Source: a virus
Strand: one strand, 5' to 3'
Length of the DNA stretch: 64,000 bases
IMG/VR virus record: IMGVR_UViG_3300042922_000250
Span: 1-64,000 of that record
A model generated the notes under the pieces. It did no database searches. It worked only from the letters and a program-made list of their open reading frames with translations, and was not told the DNA's origin. Position numbers and translations under genes: made by a program. Positions within the stretch are counted from its first letter, which is position 1. Every line of letters begins with the position of its first letter. Shown here in pieces: positions 8,916 through 19,039 of the stretch.

Positions 8916-9582
8916 ACAAGCTACCTCCTTCTATGTAGTCCTTCCAGTGCTTGTCTCTACCGATGAAAGTCGCAGGCAGTTTTATAAATTGTGGTTCTTT
9001 ACCCCTGCACACAATCGCATAGTTTTTTGCACCAACAACCATTTCAGCAGGAACAGCCTTTTCTTTTAACCTAGATTGCCATTGTCTAAACGCCGTAGGC
9101 TTAGATTCTTGTCTAGGGTAATTCGCCCAAAATTCTTCGAAGTCTGGAGTATATATAACTACGTTCTTTTCTTTCTTATCTTTCTTTACTTTATTGTTTG
9201 TGTCACACGGCTGACATGCGGCTGTCATTTTGCTGTCACTTTCGTTGTCATCGTTTTTATTTCCGACCTGGTAAGACTCCCAATTTACAACGGTTACAAG
9301 GCTATACTTGCTGTTACTTTTGATGTCCAAACTTTCGTTGCCTTGCAACCATAGCAAATATTTCCAAAAGGTTGATGGATTCATTTTTATCTCTGATGCG
9401 CCTTTGAATCTACCGGTTATAAATTGTCCAGGAGCAAGGACAATTTTTTGTATTCCTACCATTTGCTCATGCTCTTTATAACTGGCTTTCAACAAACACC
9501 AAATCCAAGTTTGGAGGAGATTGGCGTTTTGTATCATTGGTTTTTCAATCAAACACCTTGCCAGTTTTATGTACCCATCCGT
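8818..9582 (-). CDS. Phage replication initiator (lambda-O-like)
   Basis: DGYIKL N-terminus, GQFITG, FEEFWANYPR C-domain; upstream of loader; start uncertain (ACG 9582 or TTG 9552). Confidence 0.8.
   Translation of the reverse strand, partial: TDGYIKLARCLIEKPMIQNANLLQTWIWCLLKASYKEHEQMVGIQKIVLAPGQFITGRFKGASEIKMNPSTFWKYLLWLQGNESLDIKSNSKYSLVTVVNWESYQVGNKNDDNESDSKMTAACQPCDTNNKVKKDKKEKNVVIYTPDFEEFWANYPRQESKPTAFRQWQSRLKEKAVPAEMVVGAKNYAIVCRGKEPQFIKLPATFIGRDKHWKDYIEGGSLFGKTSSRGYPGLGSQKNTGFESGFKWETEFPT
9200..9252. repeat. Iteron-like repeats, probable replication origin
   Basis: gctgtcat / gctgtcac / gttgtcat / tgtcac beside an AT-rich tract inside the initiator gene. Confidence 0.55.
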
Positions 9583-9705
9583 TGCGCTCCCCTCCGTTCG
9601 TACAATATGATGATTTGACTTTACTATCCCACCCCACTGCTTACATTATCAAGGATACATATGCAAGCAGTGGGGTGATAGTGATGGGGTTAATCTCCTA
9701 AAGAA

Positions 9706-10224
9706 TTAATTCCATGGAACGTCCTCATCTGGCGGCATAGACTTGCCGAATCCGCTGAATGAATTAGGTTTCAGTTTCTTTAAGGCTGGAACCTCAACGC
9801 CTTTCCTGATTTCCTCAATACTTCGAGGTTTATCGACATACAGCCTAGTGGCGATTGATCCGTCTTGTTTTTCGTATTCTTCCTCGCCGATCACTAAACC
9901 GATAAGCTTGCCATATAGAGATTGCTCATTGCTATTGAATGTGTAGCCATTATTTGATTTTTCAACTGCTGTAATAAAGGCTTTGAAAAACGGCAACGCT
10001 TTTTTTTTGTACGATTTGATGAAGTTAGCCCCCCAAAACCCTTTACTGTCGCTGAGTTGTTGGTAATAGCCTTCAAATTCTCCAGCGGCAATGTCATATT
10101 CAACTTTCAAATATTCTTTATCGGGGACATCCGTAACCGATACAATTCGGCAAATATAACTGCCGGGAGTAACCTTTTTGAATTCTTGAACGTCAGATAC
10201 TTGCGATAAGTCGATATTTTTCAT
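9706..10224 (-). CDS. Probable ssDNA-binding protein
   Basis: PGSYICRI, acidic tail DEDVPWN; follows Sak4-like ATPase. Confidence 0.65.
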   Translation of the reverse strand: MKNIDLSQVSDVQEFKKVTPGSYICRIVSVTDVPDKEYLKVEYDIAAGEFEGYYQQLSDSKGFWGANFIKSYKKKALPFFKAFITAVEKSNNGYTFNSNEQSLYGKLIGLVIGEEEYEKQDGSIATRLYVDKPRSIEEIRKGVEVPALKKLKPNSFSGFGKSMPPDEDVPWN

Positions 10225-10350
10225 ATAATCATTCTCCCTTTGTTTTATGTGGCGGTATTGTATTGCAATTAAATACTCTTTTGCATTTTGGGCAAACATT
10301 CTTCCCGATAGTTGTAGGCTTAAAGTTAGTCCCGCACGAACAATTGATAT

Positions 10351-10998
10351 TCATATTTCGTAAACCTCCAATTTTTTAATAACTTTGTTCAAATCGTTTT
10401 CAATCTCAAAATCTTCAAAACATCCCATAGGACTTTTAGCTGTTGAATTTTTTGATTGAGTTTCAAATATGTGATTTCCATTTACGCATTTTGCAATTAA
10501 TACAGTGGTAAACTTGCTTTCCAATACAATCTTGTCCAGTTTCTTACCGCTAGTCTTAATCCTGGTAAACATAAATCCGCTATCGTCGCGCTCTGTTTGT
10601 GTGTGGGCCATAAAAACAATAGTCAGATCATCGCGATAAAGATGAGAACTGCTCACCAACCCCCACACAGATGTTGCTAAGTCAAGCCATTTGTCAAATC
10701 CCTTTTCCTTGCTGCGCTTGAACTCATCGTCAATCATCATTGTGTTAATTGTGTCGATTATGATTGTTTTGATGTGCAGCACTTTATCAGCAATCCCTGC
10801 GATAATTGAACTAACCTTGTCAACATCACTTGTCTGTAGATAGTTTTTATTATCTTTGTTGTACTGGCTTTTCCAACCCTTCCACGACAATCCTTTGCGG
10901 TCAGAATCAATTATGTATGTTGTTTTTGGATCTAGGTTCCGCAAGGATGTTGTCTTGCCTGCGCCAGATTCTCCAGCGATACAAATAACTCTGCTCAT
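10351..10998 (-). CDS. Sak4-like AAA recombination ATPase
   Basis: GESGAGKT, IIIDT, AKSPMG. Confidence 0.8.
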   Translation of the reverse strand: MSRVICIAGESGAGKTTSLRNLDPKTTYIIDSDRKGLSWKGWKSQYNKDNKNYLQTSDVDKVSSIIAGIADKVLHIKTIIIDTINTMMIDDEFKRSKEKGFDKWLDLATSVWGLVSSSHLYRDDLTIVFMAHTQTERDDSGFMFTRIKTSGKKLDKIVLESKFTTVLIAKCVNGNHIFETQSKNSTAKSPMGCFEDFEIENDLNKVIKKLEVYEI

Positions 10999-11495
10999 CT
11001 AATATCAATCCTCTTCCCAGCGGTAAGGCGGCAACCTTTAACCTTCTTGCCAGCCTTCAACGCTTCTTTAATTTCTGCATTATTCGGTGTAAACGATTTC
11101 GGAATAACAGTCAGATATTTAGCCGGAATCAATTTTTCATCATCAATAACGAGAGCGGGAGGATTTGCTTTAATTGTCACAGCAAATATTGGTGTTTTGA
11201 TCTTTTCCAGCTTCATAACTTCCATCTGTTGCTGTAGATATGCCTTAATTCGCTCTATATTGCCATCAGTTGACTTTTTTCTTGCCTGTAGTCTCTTTAT
11301 CTCTGTTTCAAGATATTTTGATTCAGTGGTCAAATTTGAATGAATTACAGATATGCTATGCGCCTTTTCTTCTATGGCGCATTCGATCGATTCTAAAGTG
11401 TCAAGCAACGCCTGATTATCTAGTTCTGGATTGTCAAGCATATCTTGCACTTTCAGGTAGCTTTGCGACAGTTCATAAAGCTTGATTTTCTTCAC
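10995..11495 (-). CDS. Siphovirus Gp157-family protein
   Basis: KLYEL, EIKRLQARKK, IKEALKAG. Confidence 0.85.
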   Translation of the reverse strand: MKKIKLYELSQSYLKVQDMLDNPELDNQALLDTLESIECAIEEKAHSISVIHSNLTTESKYLETEIKRLQARKKSTDGNIERIKAYLQQQMEVMKLEKIKTPIFAVTIKANPPALVIDDEKLIPAKYLTVIPKSFTPNNAEIKEALKAGKKVKGCRLTAGKRIDIR

Positions 11496-11724
11496 CTTCT
11501 TTGTTTTTGATCAGAGTAAAATATGTGTTCCCGTTGTATTGCTTATTGTGTTGCGTCCATTCCGGATCGCTTTTATCTATGTTTTCCTCTCCCGGAAGTT
11601 CAACAAAAAGACTTGGCGTCACTTGAATTCCTTGGCAATAAACTCCTAATACCCCAAACCGCCAAGCCTCTTTAATCTGTTTCGCATATTCCTCTGCCGC
11701 TGCCGCTTTATCCATTCTCATCAT
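11473..11724 (-). CDS. Hypothetical protein
   Basis: Operon packing. Confidence 0.55.
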   Translation of the reverse strand: MMRMDKAAAAEEYAKQIKEAWRFGVLGVYCQGIQVTPSLFVELPGEENIDKSDPEWTQHNKQYNGNTYFTLIKNKEGEENQAL

Positions 11725-11929
11725 CTACTTTCATAAATTTTAATCTGTCAGGCGGTATGTCGTGCCTTGCTGCTATGATCGCTCTGCCTCTGGATTCCTC
11801 CTCGCCAGGAAAACAAATAACATCCGTAGTTAATGTCAATCCGTTGTACTTAAACCAAATCCTGTGCCGTTTAACGCCTGTAGTGTGATTAAGGATGCTT
11901 TGCATTACCGGGTTGAGGTGATCATTCAT
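11708..11929 (-). CDS. Hypothetical protein
   Basis: Operon packing, RBS. Confidence 0.55.
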   Translation of the reverse strand: MNDHLNPVMQSILNHTTGVKRHRIWFKYNGLTLTTDVICFPGEEESRGRAIIAARHDIPPDRLKFMKVDDENG

Positions 11930-12426
11930 TCCTCTTCTTCCTCCTCCTCCGGCTCGTCAGGTGCGCCCCTATACGTCCGTTGATAGTAATAAGGCTGTTG
12001 CGTTATGTCTAAATCAGGCATTGCTTACACCAACCGCCTTCGCAATCTTTCAACCTCGTTATCCGCTCTAACCGCTCTTCCAATCGCCCAATACCTTTCA
12101 TCATCGCTTGTTGCAGTAACAATTAGCAATCTCGCTAGGCTGTACACATTCTGCTGATGCCATAATTCGCGGGTTGTTGCAGGCCTGTTAATTGGCTTCA
12201 TGGCTGATCGTCCAATTCTGGATGATAATGCCGCCATACAATCAGATCGTCAGTATCGAAGTAATCTCTTTGCCTGTCACGGTTAGGATTATCGCCATCG
12301 CAGAGCAATTGCGCTAGGTTGTCTGACATTTTATTTACCTCCCCGCATAATCCGTATAAAATCCGGATATATTGTCATTAGGGTAACTTTGTGCTAAAAT
12401 CAAGTTGATTATTTTTTGATGGTCGC

Positions 12427-12807
12427 CTATACAAGGGCGACTTTTTTTAATCTCAGTTTTCCTTTGTTGATATTCTTGAATATCTTTGATACAACAGTTT
12501 TTTTGCTTGCCATGTTGGATGATTCTATCAGCGTCATTAATAGACTGTGAAACTGTAAGCAATATTCTCTTGGCGGTTTATATCCTCTCTCAGAGTGTCT
12601 AATCATTCCTCTGTTCTCCGGCAACTCAATGCCCATCGCGATAACTCTGTTTCTGACTGTATCCGGTGAGCATCCAATCAATATCGCTGTATAGTTCATT
12701 GACGTTCCACTTGCTATGTACTTTCTGATTTGCGAATCAATGACAGCATAATCATAGAGTTGCTTGCCCATCACTTCATCGCCATCCGCGCATAATAACC
12801 GCACCAA
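12427..12807 (-). CDS. HTH-containing hypothetical protein
   Basis: TAILIGCSPDTVRNRV. Confidence 0.5.
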   Translation of the reverse strand: MVRLLCADGDEVMGKQLYDYAVIDSQIRKYIASGTSMNYTAILIGCSPDTVRNRVIAMGIELPENRGMIRHSERGYKPPREYCLQFHSLLMTLIESSNMASKKTVVSKIFKNINKGKLRLKKVALV

Positions 12808-13377
12808 CCACCTGCAAACATTAACGAGAGTATGAGAAGCAGACAGCCTAGAAGGTGGATGTTTCCCGCGGTTCGCTGCCCGAAGAACCGGACGTTTTTA
12901 ATCTCGCGGATCGAGGATTTTGTCAATGTCTGCGGCCTCCTTTGGTTCCCAACCAGAAACTTTGTAGTTACCGTCGGCATTCAAACATTGCCGGCAGTTT
13001 ATGCATGAAAATGGTTTGGAAAGATGTTTGCAACCGTGGCAATTTTTATAATTTTCATTCACTTACTTTCCCTCCTCAACTCCAACCATACCGCTACTTT
13101 TACTGCCAGGATGATACACGCCATCAAAGTTGCAACGGCCGCTATCAGTTTCACGCCTAACCCTCCAAATCTCATCTAATTTGGCATTGCGCTTGTCTCT
13201 TCTTCTTGCTTGTGCTTCTTTTGATCGTTTACCCATGTTTCACCGCCTTAATGCAAGCAACTGCTGCAAAGTGTGTGACTTTGATTCCCCATTGTTTGCA
13301 AGCCTCAATTTTGGCTAAAGTACCATTTGATGCTATAACCGTTGCTGTTTTGCCATTGCTGGCTGTTACTGTGTAGG

Positions 13378-14112
13378 TCACGATGCGCTAACACCTTTGA
13401 GAAACTTGTTAACAAAGTACACCTGTCCTTTACCTGTCAATTTTGGTGTTTTGTTGATGGTGATATGGCCATCTGAATGATTGACTGTAGTTTCCTTAAT
13501 CGTGAATAATCCAATTTCCATAGCTTTCTGCGTTGGCATGTTGTAGTCAGATCCGTTGCGGTTAATCAAATAACCATTTTTACGCATCCAGTCAAACAGG
13601 CGATTCTGACCGATATCTATTCCGTTTTGTTTGAGAATTTTAGCCAGTTCACCGATAAGGATTGAAGTTTTGCTGGCTTCTACTGAATCTGCGAAGAGGA
13701 CTTTTGGCTTTGTCGCTTCAAGCTGTGCTGTTGTGACTTGATGCGCCTCAATCTCTGCCGCATAGGCTCTTAGAGCGTCAGGGAGGGTTTTGGGGATAGG
13801 TGTTTGAGTAAGTTGTTTTTCCATTTCGTTGAACGCCTGGATGTATCTGATTTTCCATGTCATTGCCCTATCGCCAGTAAATCCCATTGCTAAAAGGGTG
13901 AACCCGTCGCGGTTCATGAGGTAAATTCTTTGAGACCGGCCATAGCTATCAGGCTCTGTTGTTTCTAAGAACATCAGTCCAAAATTGGACACATCTTTTT
14001 GAAGGCTATCAATATCCCTTAAAACGTGTTTGTGTTCTTTGCCGAAATTCTCAGCAATCTGTCTACTACTTGCTGTTGCTTGTCCATCTTGGATGGTGAT
14101 TAAATCTTGCAT
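13378..14112 (-). CDS. Rha + ANT/KilAC antirepressor
   Basis: SSRQIAENFGKEHKHVLRDI; KPKVLFADSV...TGKGQVYF. Confidence 0.9.
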   Translation of the reverse strand: MQDLITIQDGQATASSRQIAENFGKEHKHVLRDIDSLQKDVSNFGLMFLETTEPDSYGRSQRIYLMNRDGFTLLAMGFTGDRAMTWKIRYIQAFNEMEKQLTQTPIPKTLPDALRAYAAEIEAHQVTTAQLEATKPKVLFADSVEASKTSILIGELAKILKQNGIDIGQNRLFDWMRKNGYLINRNGSDYNMPTQKAMEIGLFTIKETTVNHSDGHITINKTPKLTGKGQVYFVNKFLKGVSAS

Positions 14113-14188
14113 TGCTTGTCCTCCTTTGTTGTAGGAATTTTCCCTCTTTTGTCGAAGTGCTTACTGCGCCCAGGCAGAAAGGAGATAA

Positions 14189-14377
14189 ATGGCTATACTG
14201 TCACCAACCGTAATAGAGGCTCAAACTGCTATTAAGGTTGCAAAAATCCAAGCAGCAGCAACAATTGTGTCTTCCCTGATACAAAACACGGAATTGAATG
14301 AGCATAATGTTGAAAAAACACTTAGCGTTTTCTCTGTAGTACTAAACAAGTTAGATCAAGTAATACCTAACAAGTAA
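14189..14377 (+). CDS. Small counter-oriented hypothetical protein
   Basis: RBS aaggag. Confidence 0.55.
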   Translation: MAILSPTVIEAQTAIKVAKIQAAATIVSSLIQNTELNEHNVEKTLSVFSVVLNKLDQVIPNK

Positions 14378-14645
14378 CTATTTCTTAAGATTTTTGATAG
14401 CCTGGGCGCAATTTAATAGAGTTTCCAAATAATCGAAGCTTCTATGTTCAAGATCAACTGCCTTGTACTCTTCGACTTCTTTGATAAATTCCTGACACAA
14501 AAAATCTACTGCGCTATCAAACTTTTTATTTAGATTTTCCATTGTTTACACTTCCTTTTTATTCATTATTTTCTTTGGAATTTTAATCCATAATGTATTG
14601 TCGCAGCGAACACTAATCCGAAAACGATAGAGCCTATGACTTCGT

Positions 14646-14888
14646 TCATGTATTCATCCATTCTTTTGGCTTGCGTCTTTCTAGCCATTTAATATAGTCT
14701 GTCTTGTATGCCCTTATTGGTTTACCGATTCTAAAACTCAGTATTCCTCCAGCCTCTTCTTTCATTTTCATCATCACGTAAGCTTGCTGTGTTGTGATGT
14801 GCAAATGGCCTGATATGTGTTTTGCGGTTATAACTTCCGGCAATTCGTCTAAGGTGAAACTGTGTTCTGCCGTGCGCGGTGCTTGCAT
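14646..14888 (-). CDS. Excisionase-like HTH protein
   Basis: ELPEVIT...SFRIGKPIR. Confidence 0.65.
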   Translation of the reverse strand: MQAPRTAEHSFTLDELPEVITAKHISGHLHITTQQAYVMMKMKEEAGGILSFRIGKPIRAYKTDYIKWLERRKPKEWMNT

Positions 14889-14889
14889 A

Positions 14890-15081
14890 TTACACCCCTT
14901 TTTTTATTCCTAAATATTCGGCTATTTTGTCCTTGTAATTGTCGCCGCTTTTCTCTCCTTTAAAGATGTACGAAACGTATGCAGTTGATATTTCGAATCG
15001 TTTGGCAAGTGCAGTCATTGTAATTCCTTTTTTAAGCATTGCTGATCTTGCTTTTATCCCAAAAGCCGTGTATTTTCTCAC
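14890..15081 (-). CDS. Cro-like HTH repressor
   Basis: XRE-type HTH; divergent from cI. Confidence 0.8.
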   Translation of the reverse strand: MRKYTAFGIKARSAMLKKGITMTALAKRFEISTAYVSYIFKGEKSGDNYKDKIAEYLGIKKGV

Positions 15082-15272
15082 TTGTTCACCTCCGTATTAT
15101 TAAAATTATCAAATTTAATAGTTAAAACGTTGACAATCAGCAAAAAATATTCTAGAATAAACCCATTGATGAGAATCATTACCAATCGTTCCCCAACGAT
15201 TTTTTTAAAGGACTATTCTAGGCCTCTGGTTTTTTGTTGCCGTTTTTAGTCAATCGCTTAACTGTTAATGTA

Positions 15273-15325
15273 AGTATACTATCACATTTGGTAGAAGTCA
15301 ATATGTTTTCTATCATTTTTGATAG
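15273..15325. promoter_or_regulatory. Lytic promoter (minus strand TTGACT-17-TATACT) with two CTATCA-N4-TGRTAG operators
   Basis: Palindromes at 15279..15294 and 15310..15325. Confidence 0.7.
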
Positions 15326-15345
15326 TTATTTTAGGAGGTAAATCA

Positions 15346-15690
15346 ATGTCATTGTTTAAGAGAATTAAATCGCTATGCGATAATAAAGGGATTAGAATAG
15401 AAGAATTAAGCACCGGATTTGGTTGGGGTGAAAACTCTATTTATAGGTGGGACAAAAATTCACCATCTATAGACAAAGTAAAAATGGTAGCTGATTATTT
15501 TAACGTAACAATTGATTCCTTGTTAGCAGATTCTTATACTAGGACGGAAGATGAAAATGACCAAGAAGAATTAAAAAAGTTCATCGCCAGAAAGGGTAAT
15601 GAACCGTACATAATATTGAGCGCAAAAGCTAAAAAACAAGGTATTTCTCCGGAAGTATTGCAAAAGCTAATTGATCTCTATACTAAATAA
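15346..15690 (+). CDS. CI-like repressor
   Basis: RBS aggagg; HTH_XRE (IYRWDKNSPSIDKVKMVADYF). Confidence 0.85.
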   Translation: MSLFKRIKSLCDNKGIRIEELSTGFGWGENSIYRWDKNSPSIDKVKMVADYFNVTIDSLLADSYTRTEDENDQEELKKFIARKGNEPYIILSAKAKKQGISPEVLQKLIDLYTK

Positions 15691-15928
15691 AATAAGAGCA
15701 GCGCGAGGCTGCTCTTGCGTTAATTAAATCGTATAAAATTCTTTAAATTCTTCCAAAAATAAAGGATCAACAACATATGTACCGTCATTAAGCTCTAGCC
15801 AACAAATGCAACCATCAAGATCAACAATAATAAATACTGGCATTGTCTCCACTCCCCGAATAAATAACATTTTTGAATAAAAATGGTATTTGCTCCAAGC
15901 AATAAGAGCGTAGAGGTGTTTAGCTTAT

Positions 15929-16129
15929 TCAATCCTCCTTAAATAATCTTTCTGGTTCTATTTCAAACACGTTTGCCAGTTTTTGAATCTCATCCCTTTT
16001 TAGGGTGTGCCGGTGTGTTTCAATGTCGCTTATTACGCTTCTTGTTTTTATGCTAGATTTTTTGCTAAGTTCTGTTTGCGTCCAACCTCGTGCCATGCGA
16101 AGCTCTTTTACTCTGTTTGTTCTTGCCAT
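15929..16129 (-). CDS. XRE-family HTH protein
   Basis: NRVKELR..RGWTQTELS. Confidence 0.85.
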   Translation of the reverse strand: MARTNRVKELRMARGWTQTELSKKSSIKTRSVISDIETHRHTLKRDEIQKLANVFEIEPERLFKED

Positions 16130-16337
16130 TGCGAACGCTAAACACCATCTACGACAATAATATGCTCAAAAACTAGGCATAAAATTATACTTAATACGAG
16201 ACACAACGGGATAATCCTGGCAATTTTCTGCAAATTAGTTTATTTTTTTAACAAAATAGGAATTTTGTCCTATTTAAAACAAAAAACACTTACAATTAAT
16301 CAGAATAAACAGATGCAAGGAAGGTGTTTTGTTTATG

Positions 16338-16754
16338 GCATCGATTTTTAAACGTGGTGAAAATTGGGCTTTTGTTATGGACTTCGGCAAAGACAATCAA
16401 GGAAGACGAAGGCGGATAACCAAAACAGGATTTAAAACAAAAAAAGATGCAGAAATTGCTTTGCATGAAACAAAACAGATGCACTATCAGAATAGGCAGC
16501 AAGACATTCAGAAACCATCCTATGAACCATTAATACTACTTGATGAACCTCAAATAAAACCACGGAATCTTAAAGAATATCGGAATATAGCTATAACCAT
16601 AGCACGTTTCGATGAGAATAACCCTGCAGTCAAATATTTCGATAATCTCATTGCTGAACAAGGAGAATATGAAGAAGTCCCTGTCGATGAAAGGCAAGTC
16701 CTTCTTTTAATTTTAAATTTGGCAAATAAAGAGGACGTTAGGCGCGATGATTAG
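16338..16754 (+). CDS. Stand-alone integrase arm-type DNA-binding domain protein
   Basis: MASIFKRGENW...GFKTKKDAE aligns with the N-terminus of the adjacent integrase. Confidence 0.75.
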   Translation, partial: ASIFKRGENWAFVMDFGKDNQGRRRRITKTGFKTKKDAEIALHETKQMHYQNRQQDIQKPSYEPLILLDEPQIKPRNLKEYRNIAITIARFDENNPAVKYFDNLIAEQGEYEEVPVDERQVLLLILNLANKEDVRRDD

Positions 16755-16767
16755 ATAGGAGGCATAT

Positions 16768-17937
16768 ATGGCAAGCTTCTACAAACGGGGTAAAACATGG
16801 TCTTTCAGTATTGATATTGGCTTCGATAAGGATGGCAAGCGCAAAAAGAAAGGCGTTGGTGGTTTTAAGCTAAAGAAGGATGCCGAAGAAGCAGCCGCGC
16901 AATTGTTGCTAGAATTAAAAGCTGGAACCTATGTAGACGAGGAAGATGTTTCATTTCGTAATTTCTCTAAGATGTGGTTTGACGATTATAAACTCGGCAA
17001 TGTAAAAAAAAGTACTATCAGAATAAGGAATAACGAACTATCGATTCTATACAAATACTTTGACGGAATATCAATTAAAGAGATTACAAGAAAGCAATAT
17101 CAGGATGCATTGATCGACTTACTAACACAAGGATATGCAGAAAGCACAATAGAAGGCGTCCACTGTACAGGAGGGATGATATTTGCAAAAGCTGTTGAAT
17201 TAAAGGCGATAAAAGAAGACCCAACTGAATATGTCCGATCGCCTCGCAAGCAACAAACGGCTGAAGAACTCGAAAAAGAAGAAGAAGAACTGCCTAAGTT
17301 TCTAGAAAAAGAAGAACTGGCAAAGTTTTTAAAAACAGCACAACGCGCAGGACTTAAAGATGATTATGCTATTTTTCTTACCTTGTCATACACCGGAATA
17401 AGAGTTGGAGAGCTATGTTCTCTTCGCGATGTAAGCCTAAATAATAATGATTGTATAATAAAGATAACACGAACATATTACAACCCAAATAATAGCATAA
17501 TAGAATATGAATTATTAACACCAAAAACAACAGCATCGCGAAGAACAATAAAAACTAGCAATAAGGTTTTTGTTGAGTTAATCGATTTATTGAAAAGACA
17601 AAATATAACTAAGATAAAATATAAAGAAACATGGCACAATAAAGGGTTTATCTTTTGTGTAGATAGTCACCCTGGTTATCCGATATATCCTAAATTAGTG
17701 GCAAATCGTATGCAAAGATTATTAAAGTTATCTGAACTAAACACAAACTTGTCGCCTCATTCTTTGCGGCACACACACACATCGTTATTAGCAGAGGCTG
17801 GCGTAAGTCTAGAGGCAATAATGGAGCGATTAGGCCACGAAGACGATGAAACAACAAGGAAAATATACCTGCATGTTACCAAGGCAGTAAAAAAAGAGGT
17901 CGCCCACAAGTTTGACGAACTAATGGACAACCTCTAA
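16768..17937 (+). CDS. int: Tyrosine integrase
   Basis: TGIRVGE, HSLRHT, LGH, IYLH catalytic motifs. Confidence 0.97.
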   Translation: MASFYKRGKTWSFSIDIGFDKDGKRKKKGVGGFKLKKDAEEAAAQLLLELKAGTYVDEEDVSFRNFSKMWFDDYKLGNVKKSTIRIRNNELSILYKYFDGISIKEITRKQYQDALIDLLTQGYAESTIEGVHCTGGMIFAKAVELKAIKEDPTEYVRSPRKQQTAEELEKEEEELPKFLEKEELAKFLKTAQRAGLKDDYAIFLTLSYTGIRVGELCSLRDVSLNNNDCIIKITRTYYNPNNSIIEYELLTPKTTASRRTIKTSNKVFVELIDLLKRQNITKIKYKETWHNKGFIFCVDSHPGYPIYPKLVANRMQRLLKLSELNTNLSPHSLRHTHTSLLAEAGVSLEAIMERLGHEDDETTRKIYLHVTKAVKKEVAHKFDELMDNL

Positions 17938-17951
17938 AAATTTAACTATTG

Positions 17952-18174
17952 CGGTAACAAAATGGTAACATTCGACTAATTATCGATTGTCGACCGTTGA
18001 AATTACTAGGATGCACACCGAATTGCCAGCATGGCCGCCCTAACTTAACAATTTAAACAGCAACAAATATTGCAAATTACATCAACAAAAATAGAGAAAA
18101 TAATTCTGCGTGTGCAAAATAAGCAAATATAAAAAAACAAGAAAAACAATACTGGTAACATTTCGGTAACATTT
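17952..18174. other. attP-like site: arm-type repeats on both sides of a GC-rich core candidate
   Basis: YGGTAACA pairs at 17952/17963 and 18153/18164; GC island ~18020..18040. Confidence 0.65.
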
Positions 18175-18263
18175 CAAATAATAAATTAATACAATCATAT
18201 TTATTAAAAGAAGGAATATAATGTTTTTTATGGTAGTTATAATTAGCATTTTATTTACAAGGA

Positions 18264-18962
18264 GTGGCTAGCGTGAAAAAACAATTAGTTATCCTGGTTA
18301 TTTTATTGTTAACTATAACATCAACAGTTAATGCACAAGATACCGAATGGAAGGACAAGCAATATAATTTTAATACTGTAAAAACAATTCTATTACTAGA
18401 ACCTTCTGTTGGTGAAAAAGTCGAAGATCCATTTGCTAAACAAAAAATTACAGAATACATAGAAAAAAGATTGCCTAAAAATATAAAATTCATCAAACTA
18501 AACGATGCTATACAAGATGCTATAAACAATAAAATACTAACGGAAGACGACACAAAAGACGGTAAAGTATTCCTTAGTCTATTTCTTCCATATGCTGCAG
18601 GACGCTATGATGCAATGCTAACTATTCGTTTGCATGCCATGTATTATTCAGATAAGTTCCAACAGGGGTTTTCATATAATTACACGACATATAATGCAAC
18701 GCACGTAACCGGATCTAATGGCTATGTGGCTACCATTCAAACGCCACAACAAAACAATGTAAATGTACCGGGTGGTTATAGAAGTTTCGCAAATACAGCA
18801 ATGGAATTTGTATTAACCGATATGAAAACAAACAAAATGATATGGGGATACACGGCAAGCGAATCAGACATGGAAGCTGTTTTATTTGGAGCGACAACTG
18901 ACGGACTGGCACAAAGCATAATTAAAAAGGCTTTTCGAAAAATGCCAGTTGATAAAGAATAA
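18264..18962 (+). CDS. Exported moron protein
   Basis: Signal peptide (VNA|Q); AT-rich; own terminator. Confidence 0.8.
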   Translation: MASVKKQLVILVILLLTITSTVNAQDTEWKDKQYNFNTVKTILLLEPSVGEKVEDPFAKQKITEYIEKRLPKNIKFIKLNDAIQDAINNKILTEDDTKDGKVFLSLFLPYAAGRYDAMLTIRLHAMYYSDKFQQGFSYNYTTYNATHVTGSNGYVATIQTPQQNNVNVPGGYRSFANTAMEFVLTDMKTNKMIWGYTASESDMEAVLFGATTDGLAQSIIKKAFRKMPVDKE

Positions 18963-19039
18963 AAAAACCGCCTACCAAACGGTAAGCGGTTAAAGAAAGG
19001 AGGCAAACTATAGACAACCGTCAAATAGTATTTGGCGGT

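Noticed and set aside
18010-18045. tRNA/tmRNA or groEL 3' end as att core
   Set aside because: No T-arm/CCA and no match to the GGM-repeat coding end.
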